Source: Candidatus Hermodarchaeota archaeon
Lineage (GTDB): Archaea; Asgardarchaeota; Lokiarchaeia; Sigyniarchaeales; SOKP01
Length of the DNA: 64,000 bases
Direction of reading: 5' to 3'
Assembly (NCBI GenBank): GCA_048885525.1
Contig: JBHLLP010000012.1
Location: 1-64,000, forward strand
This document shows, piece after piece, positions 51,989 through 59,902 of the stretch. Position numbers and translations under genes: made by a program. The number at the start of each line of letters is the position of its first letter. The first letter of the stretch is position 1. Under the pieces are notes generated by a model. The model was not told the origin of the DNA. It saw nothing but the letters and a program-made list of their open reading frames with translations, and made no database searches.

Positions 51989-52216
51989 ATGGATAAAAAA
52001 ATTGACACTTCTCAGCAATTTATCGAATTCTACAAAAAAAAGGGTGACTACTTAGTATCTCTTTCAGAAAATCATTTCAAGAATATAGAATATCGTAAAT
52101 GTCTTGAATTATTAAATCAAGCATATGGAATGTACATGAAGGGAAATTATATTGAACTTGCTGAAAAAACTAAACAAAGATTCTTAGAAATCAAAAAAAA
52201 ATATATTAAAAAATGA
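51989..52216 (+). CDS. Small TPR-like helical protein
   Basis: 75-aa ORF; EY.KCLELLNQAY..Y.KG..ELAE. Confidence 0.6.
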   Translation: MDKKIDTSQQFIEFYKKKGDYLVSLSENHFKNIEYRKCLELLNQAYGMYMKGNYIELAEKTKQRFLEIKKKYIKK

Positions 52217-52221
52217 ACTTA

Positions 52222-52728
52222 TTAATTAATTTCTAAAGAATTACCTAATTTATATTCAATATCTTCAATATGAGAACCTTGCCAATATACTTTTTTACAT
52301 TGAAGATTTGAACATTGATAAAATTCAGTATAATTATTATATGTTTCTTCTAAAACGTACATTTTTATAGAATTCTTATTTTGTACTCTTTCTAACTGTG
52401 AATTACACATTGAACATCTCGCCTGTTTAAGATTAAATTTAAAATTTAAACCTAACTTTTTATTGAGTTGTTTTAAGTAGTTATATATGCCTTCTCCACT
52501 GAGAAAAATACTCTTATCTTCATAATGCTTGTATAAGACATAATCTTTAGTAACGATAATTCTTCTATTTCTTTTTGCATAATCTATTAACTTTTCATCA
52601 GGAACTGGATCTATATTAAAATAACCAATTAAATCATTGGCATAAATTGTGTCAAAACCAAATATTCTAAGGAATCTTGATAATTTACCTAACATCGCAT
52701 CGACTAAAAATTTCATATTATTTATCAT
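52222..52728 (-). CDS. Mut7-C (PIN-like) RNase domain protein
   Basis: FLVDAMLGKL.RFLRI.G.DT, TKD, RCSMCN, C..CKKVYW.GSH. Confidence 0.92.
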   Translation of the reverse strand: MINNMKFLVDAMLGKLSRFLRIFGFDTIYANDLIGYFNIDPVPDEKLIDYAKRNRRIIVTKDYVLYKHYEDKSIFLSGEGIYNYLKQLNKKLGLNFKFNLKQARCSMCNSQLERVQNKNSIKMYVLEETYNNYTEFYQCSNLQCKKVYWQGSHIEDIEYKLGNSLEIN

Positions 52729-52814
52729 ACGCTTTTTTTATTTATTAATAGGATAAATATATTTAAAGCATCTTATTATTTTACTTAAACCAAATAAAAA
52801 TCATATAGATTTAA

Positions 52815-53342
52815 ATGGAAGCTAAGGAATTAATGGAAAAAGCTGCAAGATTTCATGGGCATATTTGTCCGGGTCTTGCAATTGGTGTTTTAGTTGCTAA
52901 ACATGTCTTAGAGCATGGATATAATTATTCTCCAAATGAAGAGTTAGTTGCTGTCGTTGAGAATGATAATTGTAGCGTTGATGCTCTCCAAGTAATTTTG
53001 GGCACAACATATGGGAAGGGTAATCTTGTGCATAGAGATTATGGGAAGATGAATTACTCTATTTATGATAGAAGAACTCAAAAAGGTATAAAATTAGCAT
53101 TAAAAAGTAGACAACTTAATGGTGAAAAATTAACAAGAGATGAAAAAATTCAATTTTTATTGAAATCAAAACCAGAAGATGTATTTAAAATTGATAAGAT
53201 TGAATTTAATCCTCCAGGATTAGCCCAGATTGAAGAATCTGCACCATGTGAGATATGTGGAGAAATTACTATGAGTAGTCGACTTATGATATATAATGAT
53301 TCTGAAATGTGTGTTCCTTGTTATAAAAAAATAAGGGGATAG
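52815..53342 (+). CDS. FmdE family protein
   Basis: FHGHICPGLAIG, END.C.VDA.Q, GKGNL, C..CGE..C.PC. Confidence 0.92.
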   Translation: MEAKELMEKAARFHGHICPGLAIGVLVAKHVLEHGYNYSPNEELVAVVENDNCSVDALQVILGTTYGKGNLVHRDYGKMNYSIYDRRTQKGIKLALKSRQLNGEKLTRDEKIQFLLKSKPEDVFKIDKIEFNPPGLAQIEESAPCEICGEITMSSRLMIYNDSEMCVPCYKKIRG

Positions 53343-53457
53343 ATAAAAATAATATCATTTCATGTATTAGATTTTATGGTATATTTCTTAATGCTTCTTT
53401 CAATATGAAGAAATTTACTTATTATTTGATTGAAACTAAATAATGATGTAAAATGAA

Positions 53458-54222
53458 ATGGTTGATAAAAATCTGATGATAATGGATGGTGCGGGTCCTT
53501 TTCTTTTTGAAGGAAATAAAGTTGGAATCCTCATGATACATGGAGGTGGTGGAGGAACATGTGCAGATTTAAAACCTTTAGCAGAGTATTTGTATGCAAA
53601 AGGAGGTTATACTGTAAAAATTCCCTTACTTCCTGGTTTTGGAACTTCGCCTGAAGATTTAAAAAACATTAAGATTAATGATTGGAAATCAGCTTTAAAG
53701 GAAGAAATAACAATATTAAAGGATACTTGCGATAAAATAATTGTAGGGGGGCATTCTATGGGGGGTCTTTTAACTTTAATATTAGCAGCAAATTATAATT
53801 TTGATGGAATTTTTACGATTAGTGCCCCCGCAGGAGTTCAATCATTTTTGATTAACTTAGTTCCTTTATTCCAAATTTTTGTAAAATATCATAAAACCCC
53901 TTCTGAAAAATTCAGAAAAGACACAAATGGAAAGTGGGTTGGGTATGATAAGATTCCCGTAAATATTGGAATAAAAGCAAAAAAATTGATGATAGAGATG
54001 AAACAATCTTTATTCAAAATTAACTGTCCAATAATATTATTTCAAGGTCGATTAGATTCTGATATTAAAAAAAATAGTATGGATTATATTTTCAGTAAAA
54101 TCAGTTCTAAAACTAAAAAAAAGATATGGTTGGAACATAATGATCATCCAATATTAGACAGCCCCGATTACAATCAAATTGCGTCTGAACTTTTTAATTT
54201 TATTCATGAAATTTGTCCTTAA
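53458..54222 (+). CDS. Alpha/beta-fold carboxylesterase
   Basis: IHG, LPGFGT, GHSMGG, QG..D, H. Confidence 0.88.
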   Translation: MVDKNLMIMDGAGPFLFEGNKVGILMIHGGGGGTCADLKPLAEYLYAKGGYTVKIPLLPGFGTSPEDLKNIKINDWKSALKEEITILKDTCDKIIVGGHSMGGLLTLILAANYNFDGIFTISAPAGVQSFLINLVPLFQIFVKYHKTPSEKFRKDTNGKWVGYDKIPVNIGIKAKKLMIEMKQSLFKINCPIILFQGRLDSDIKKNSMDYIFSKISSKTKKKIWLEHNDHPILDSPDYNQIASELFNFIHEICP

Positions 54223-54334
54223 ATTATTTATTTATGATTAAATTACTAAAAATATCGAAGAGTAGACTTTAGCAATTTTAAAAAGTTAAACTTATGAGAT
54301 TTTTTAACGCTTTCAAATATGAGAGGAATCATCC

Positions 54335-55558
54335 ATGATTAAGAATATAAATAAAGGGAATACTTTATTAGTTAAAGGTCCAGCAAGAATAACTTTACTA
54401 GAAGGAAAAGTAGATGTTATTGGTAAGATATTTTCTCAGGATAAAAATATCCAGTCTGCTAATTCTACCGATAAAAATACATTAATTGTCCCTAGTGCCC
54501 AAGTTTATCCTCTATATGCCCTAGTTAAATCAAAGTTAGAAATTTATACTAATAATGAAGAAAATCTTAAAGAAATCCAAGAAAACACGATCTCCTCCAA
54601 GTGGAATGAAATTAAAGACTTGATAATAAACGAATTGAAAATAACTACAAATAAGCCTTTAAAAATAATGGTGTTAGGAATTAGTAGTGGAAAAACAACA
54701 TTTATCAAATACTTAGCAAATAACTTTCTTAAAGAAGGACTGAAGGGTGCATATTTAGATTCTGATTTAGGTCAACAAATTATATATATACCCACAACAA
54801 TTAACATTGGTACAATTGATGATTATATCATTTCAAGTGAGGATATTATATCTGAAAAAACCATTTTTATTGGTGCTACGTTCCCGAAAGGAGATAATAA
54901 ATTTATTATCTCTCTTTCCTGTAAAGGTTTAGTCTCTGATTATGTTGCAAAATATAAAGATGTTGATTTTATTCTTATTGATACAGATGGCTGGATTAAG
55001 ACTGAGGCAGGGATCATTTATAAGAATTTTTTTATTAAAGTATTAGATCCAGATATCATAATTGTGTTTCACGATGAGACAATTGAAGAATTACTCGCTA
55101 TAGAGAAGAGTTTCTCGAATTTAAGAAAAGATAGAACAATGTATTTAATTAAGGAGAAAAATATATATTTTTATGAAAAAGATAAGGAAGAAAGAAGATT
55201 TTTACGCCAAAGTCAATTCTCTAAAAAATTTGAGGTGTTTAGGAAAATATCAATCCCTTTAAATGACACGAAATTTATAAAAACTGAATATGATAAAGAA
55301 AGAGATCAAATTATCGAAAAGAAAATTGATGTTAATGACCTTGTTACGCTTCCTTACCATTATGTAATAATAGGTTTAATGACTGAAGAATCAGATTTAT
55401 TAGAAATAGGTCTCTTATTTACAGTAAATATTGAAAAAAACTATATTTTATTATATTCAAACATTTCATATAAAGAACAACTAAAAGTAAAAAAGATATT
55501 GCTTGGAAGCTTAAGACTTAGCACGAAGGGTAACCATCAAGGATATCTATATCTTTAA
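54335..55558 (+). CDS. Clp1/Grc3-family polynucleotide 5'-kinase
   Basis: LLVKGPA N-terminal domain, SGKTT, DSDLGQ, IDTDGW, R..LR lid. Confidence 0.85.
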   Translation: MIKNINKGNTLLVKGPARITLLEGKVDVIGKIFSQDKNIQSANSTDKNTLIVPSAQVYPLYALVKSKLEIYTNNEENLKEIQENTISSKWNEIKDLIINELKITTNKPLKIMVLGISSGKTTFIKYLANNFLKEGLKGAYLDSDLGQQIIYIPTTINIGTIDDYIISSEDIISEKTIFIGATFPKGDNKFIISLSCKGLVSDYVAKYKDVDFILIDTDGWIKTEAGIIYKNFFIKVLDPDIIIVFHDETIEELLAIEKSFSNLRKDRTMYLIKEKNIYFYEKDKEERRFLRQSQFSKKFEVFRKISIPLNDTKFIKTEYDKERDQIIEKKIDVNDLVTLPYHYVIIGLMTEESDLLEIGLLFTVNIEKNYILLYSNISYKEQLKVKKILLGSLRLSTKGNHQGYLYL

Positions 55559-55573
55559 TTTTTAATTTTTTCA

Positions 55574-55627
55574 ATGAATCCCTTATTATTTCTTAATTTT
55601 GAAAAATCATGATATGAATCCCTTATT
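55574..55627 (+). repeat. 14-bp direct repeat ATGAATCCCTTATT x2 upstream of the ATP-grasp gene
   Basis: Identical copies at 55574-55587 and 55614-55627. Confidence 0.85.
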
Positions 55628-55685
55628 CAATTTTTACAAACATGGGATAAAATTTATTTAAATTATGATGTAATTATAATAAGTT

Positions 55686-57128
55686 ATGGACGAACTTCTC
55701 ACAAAGTTTTTAAAATTGATGTCCGCAAGAATTACAGATTCAGATTTAGAATTAATTAATTTAGGAAAATCTTTAGGATTAGATTTAGTATCTTTTGCCG
55801 ATTTAAGAGCCTCACAAGAAGATATATTTGCTGATGAAGTAAGACAAAAAGCTTTAGAGATAATGGAAAAAAATAAGGATAATGTTTTAAGTACTTTAGA
55901 TTCATTTTATGCTGGAAGTATTGATTTTATGGTCTCAGATGAAGCCGAAGAGAAAAAGTTTTTTTTATTAGAAACTAATGGAGGATCTCATCGAGGACTT
56001 TCAATAATTACTGAAAAACAACAAATTCTTCTATATGATGGATATTTAGAAGCTATTAAACAAGCAATTAAAAGAAAAGAGAATACTATAGATAATGTAT
56101 TTGTAATAATTGGAGTACCAATTAACGATGGATTAATTCATGAAAAAGTTATAATGATTGAATATTTCAGAAAAACACTTAAAGCTAATGGGTATTCTGT
56201 AAAAATTTTTAATACGGATAATTACAATAAGGACTTTAAAGCTGAAATCATTGTTTTAATAGCTGATTATCAGCAACTATCCTCATCTCTTTCATTTTCT
56301 AATAATTGGATTAAATATAAAGGAGAGAACGTAGGAGTATTAATAGGAGATGGTATTACAAGACGTTTTAAGAATAAAAAATTTTCAAAATTAGTGAAAA
56401 AAGAGTTTCGAGAAATAAAATCAATTTTAGTTAACCCTATATTTCATATAACAGATGATAAATCTCTAACATATTTAGCAAGCTATTTTAGTAAAGATCT
56501 CCTCAAAAAATATAATTTAAAATATCTTTTATTCACAAAAGCTTTTAATGAAAAGGATTTGATCGATAAATTAAAATATCTTATTAAGGAATATAAAAAA
56601 TCTTTTATTATTAAACCTAGTGGGGGTTCTGGAGGAGCTGGCGTCATTCCCGTTTCTAAGGATGAAGATCCTCTTAATATTAAAAATATTGTTGAAGAAA
56701 GTAAAAAGGAATTTTTTGCTAAGTTCATGAAGTCGCGCGATCCTTTTCCATATACGATTCAAGAAATGGCCGATTTCTCATTAATAGAGTGGCAGGAAGG
56801 GAAACACACATTTGATTTACGGATTTATTTAGCTCAAAGAGATGGTAAAGTTATCCCAATTGGAGGGTTAGCTAGAATTGCCCGAGAAGAATTTATTCAT
56901 AAAAAAAGACTGAATAAGCAAGAATTTGTAGTCAATCTATCTGGCTACAATGGTCAAATTGAAGTTAAACGTGGAATAGGTTTCTCGGAAAAAAACTGTA
57001 AACTATTAAACTTAACAAAAGATGATTTTACAAATATGTTTTGCATAGGTTGTGTTTTATTTTCGGGAATGGTTAAAAATTATCATAAAATCATCAATTT
57101 TACAAATTGGGAAGAAATATTCGATTGA
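55686..57128 (+). CDS. Circularly permuted ATP-grasp ligase (TTL/YheCD-like motifs)
   Basis: The metal-binding D..E-x-N segment (SIDFMV..FFLLETNG) is at the N-terminus, followed by VNP..DDK, IIKPSGGSGGAGV, IQE, FDLRIY, GGLARIA, VVNLS. Confidence 0.8.
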   Translation: MDELLTKFLKLMSARITDSDLELINLGKSLGLDLVSFADLRASQEDIFADEVRQKALEIMEKNKDNVLSTLDSFYAGSIDFMVSDEAEEKKFFLLETNGGSHRGLSIITEKQQILLYDGYLEAIKQAIKRKENTIDNVFVIIGVPINDGLIHEKVIMIEYFRKTLKANGYSVKIFNTDNYNKDFKAEIIVLIADYQQLSSSLSFSNNWIKYKGENVGVLIGDGITRRFKNKKFSKLVKKEFREIKSILVNPIFHITDDKSLTYLASYFSKDLLKKYNLKYLLFTKAFNEKDLIDKLKYLIKEYKKSFIIKPSGGSGGAGVIPVSKDEDPLNIKNIVEESKKEFFAKFMKSRDPFPYTIQEMADFSLIEWQEGKHTFDLRIYLAQRDGKVIPIGGLARIAREEFIHKKRLNKQEFVVNLSGYNGQIEVKRGIGFSEKNCKLLNLTKDDFTNMFCIGCVLFSGMVKNYHKIINFTNWEEIFD

Positions 57129-57129
57129 G

Positions 57130-58290
57130 ATGAATGCTGAAACCCTAAAATCATTATTAGATATTTCTAAACGTTACAATTTATATACAAAGATTCTGAA
57201 AGAATTAGATATTGTAAGAAATTTAGAATATACCAGCTATCGAATTTATAATACTTCTGAAGGCATTATTCCTCTAATAAAAATTGCTAAAAATTCCAAT
57301 TTTGATGAATTAAAACATATTAAAATCTTTATTGGTGCACAGCAAAATGAATATAATGGTTTATTTAGTATCCTGAAATTTTTTAAATTAATACAAGATA
57401 ATAAAATTCAAATCAATAAATTAATCAGAGAAGATCAAGTTCTTTTCTTTTTGCCATTATTAAATCCTTATGGGTTTTTGAATCCTAGTAAAAATAATAA
57501 ATCTGGTTATTATTTAAAAAATGGTTCAAATCTTAATAGATTTTGGGTTAGAGCTTTCGTCCCTGAATATAAAAATGGGATTATAGATTTAGATACAATT
57601 AAAACACCCGAACAAGTTATTATTGTGAAAGAATTACTTCAAAAATATTGGGATAACGAAGATATTCATATATACATACTCGATTTCCATGAGACTTCTT
57701 TATTGAATAGATTTCCAGTTGAATTAAGTACAAATCTAAATCCCTTTTATAAATTTGATCATTGGTTAAAAGAGGGTATTATACTAAATATTATTAAGCT
57801 ATACGATATCCCTTATTATCGAAAACCTTTATTCTTTAAATGTAATCCTTCCGCCGATCACACGCATCTAAATTTAACTTATAAACAAATTGAGACCGTT
57901 CATGAAAAACTTTATGACTATATATCAAGGAATTTGGGGATGGGCAAATTACCTTTCTATTTTTGCTACAGCGACAAGAGTAGAGATTTCTGTCTAAAAC
58001 TTGCAAATAAAGTTTATAATAAACTGAAAGACAAATTATGGGAAACTTACTTTCCTGCTTTTGATCATAGTTTTAAAAATCATGGTTGTTTTGTAAGAAT
58101 GAGTGATGCGACATCTCGAGCTAGAGTTTATAGCATGGAATTAGAATCTCAAAAACATTTCTTCAACATCTTTGAAGAAATAAAAAAATTAAAATCAGTT
58201 CCTAATTACATTGAAAATAAACTTGATCTCATTAATGTGAGTATTGAATTAGCACTTGAGACTATAAAGGAGATGATAGAATTATTTTAA
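57130..58290 (+). CDS. M14/AstE-fold zinc carboxypeptidase-like protein
   Basis: GAQQNE, PLLNPYG, NLNR.W, LDFHE, SMELE; ATG at 57130 is 1 nt after the upstream TGA. Confidence 0.75.
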   Translation: MNAETLKSLLDISKRYNLYTKILKELDIVRNLEYTSYRIYNTSEGIIPLIKIAKNSNFDELKHIKIFIGAQQNEYNGLFSILKFFKLIQDNKIQINKLIREDQVLFFLPLLNPYGFLNPSKNNKSGYYLKNGSNLNRFWVRAFVPEYKNGIIDLDTIKTPEQVIIVKELLQKYWDNEDIHIYILDFHETSLLNRFPVELSTNLNPFYKFDHWLKEGIILNIIKLYDIPYYRKPLFFKCNPSADHTHLNLTYKQIETVHEKLYDYISRNLGMGKLPFYFCYSDKSRDFCLKLANKVYNKLKDKLWETYFPAFDHSFKNHGCFVRMSDATSRARVYSMELESQKHFFNIFEEIKKLKSVPNYIENKLDLINVSIELALETIKEMIELF

Positions 58291-59285
58291 TTGTTTATAA
58301 AACTGAGAATTGCCCCAACTAAAATACATTCATTTTTTTTATTTGAATGACCACCTTTTTTTAATATTAGTATATTCTTCGCTGGTGATTCTAAAATTAG
58401 TTTATTTTCTATTAAATTTTTGAATTTTGTTACTTTATCGTTTTTACAATGGATTAGCATAACTTTTTTAGATAATTCTTTCCATTCTTCTGATGTTAGT
58501 TCCTTTTTAGCATTTTTTATCAATAAATAAGGAGATAATTGACTATTCTCTTCCAAAGTTGGAAATAATTTCACCCCCTTAAATAAATAATTTAGGATAA
58601 CAACTGGATTGTATTTTGGAATGTTTTCTTTATAATGTGATATAGAAGCAATTGCAATAATTTTCTCAACATCTATATTCATAAAACCTCCTGATAAAAC
58701 GGTAATAGCACCTATACTAAAACCAATACAAAAAATCTTCTTATTTGAAAATTTTTCTTGATTTTTTACCCATTGAATTATTTTTTTAAAATCTTCAATT
58801 CTTTGTAAAAAATCGCTTCTCCTTCCTGTTTTTTTTGATTTTCCCGTACCTCTTGCATCATAAGCTAAAATAATATAACCTTGATAAGCAATTGGAAAAT
58901 ATAAATATTGAAGTCTTTCTTTTGTGTCAGAAAAACCATGACAAATTATAATTACTGCATTTTTTGAATCAATTTTAGCTTGCTCCCTACTTTTTACTAG
59001 ATTTACCGATAAAAATCCATCAGAGACATTAATTTGTAAATTTAAGACTTGCAAATCCTTGAGAAAAAGCTTTCTCCACCGATCGAACCAGAGATCTCGA
59101 AAAGACCAATAAATTTCGAATGGTGTGTAGACAATTAAAAAAGTTGTTAAAGATAAGATAAAACACTGTGAGAAAGCCGTTGTATAACAAGGATTTCCTA
59201 ATGAAATATTGACCTGCCAAATATACCAGCTAAATAAAATATCAATAAAAATTAAAATTATACGTTTTAGAGTATTTCTTATCAC
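58287..59285 (-). CDS. Membrane-anchored alpha/beta hydrolase
   Basis: Two N-terminal TMs, CHGF, YDARG.G.S, GFSIG, H..ND, GGH. Confidence 0.85.
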   Translation of the reverse strand: MIRNTLKRIILIFIDILFSWYIWQVNISLGNPCYTTAFSQCFILSLTTFLIVYTPFEIYWSFRDLWFDRWRKLFLKDLQVLNLQINVSDGFLSVNLVKSREQAKIDSKNAVIIICHGFSDTKERLQYLYFPIAYQGYIILAYDARGTGKSKKTGRRSDFLQRIEDFKKIIQWVKNQEKFSNKKIFCIGFSIGAITVLSGGFMNIDVEKIIAIASISHYKENIPKYNPVVILNYLFKGVKLFPTLEENSQLSPYLLIKNAKKELTSEEWKELSKKVMLIHCKNDKVTKFKNLIENKLILESPAKNILILKKGGHSNKKNECILVGAILSFINN

Positions 59286-59426
59286 AGATTTTCACAGCAA
59301 TAACTTATCTTAAGAAATCTATACTTTTAATTTTTAAAAGATAGAAATGGTGTAGAAATAAAATATTTTTCTTAGTAAAATAGGAAGAGATTTATAATGT
59401 CTCTTCTCAGATTGATTTATTGTGTG

Positions 59427-59747
59427 TTATTTTTTAGCTTTATCTGGAGGACATCCGAAATCATCCCTTACTTTACAATTTCTTTTGCTAGAACTGCCTG
59501 GGCATGGAGCACATTTAACTTTTCGCATAAGAGCTTCAACTTCATCTATCTCATAACCAAAAGATTCCTCCTCTGTCTCATCTACTAGCATATCATCCTT
59601 AATTTTACTCAGATCATAATCTATATCTTCTTCTAGATTATCTTTCCAATCTTCCAAATCTAAAATCTCATCCCCATCTTCATCAATTTTTCCTGATGGA
59701 AGTTCTAAATCTTCATCCTCAACAGGAGCACTCTTTTTTTTAGCCAT
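59427..59747 (-). CDS. Small acidic protein with C-terminal 4-Cys motif
   Basis: MAKKK start (ATG at 59747), long D/E-rich tract, then CAPC-x8-C-x7-C. Confidence 0.75.
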   Translation of the reverse strand: MAKKKSAPVEDEDLELPSGKIDEDGDEILDLEDWKDNLEEDIDYDLSKIKDDMLVDETEEESFGYEIDEVEALMRKVKCAPCPGSSSKRNCKVRDDFGCPPDKAKK

Positions 59748-59902
59748 GTTATTCACATATATTAAAAATATATTTTTACAATTGAATTTTTTTTATATAT
59801 AATATTTGCTAAAATTTAATTTTATTAGTTTTAAGTATGGTAAATTCAAAAACACCATGACTATCTAATCGTATATAATAAAAAATTAATAGAAGAAGTG
59901 TC

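Noticed and set aside
51989-52728. Toxin-antitoxin pair (small protein plus PIN-like Mut7-C)
   Set aside because: The genes are convergent rather than operonic, and stand-alone Mut7-C is common in archaea.
57052-57129. N-terminal extension of the M14-like ORF from GTG 57052
   Set aside because: It overlaps the ligase gene by 77 nt; ATG 57130 directly after the stop is more plausible.
59427-59747. LysW-like carrier protein (contains EDW and Cys pairs, near an ATP-grasp)
   Set aside because: LysW has an N-terminal zinc finger and a C-terminal EDWGE. Here the order is reversed, EDW is internal, and no lys/arg genes are adjacent.
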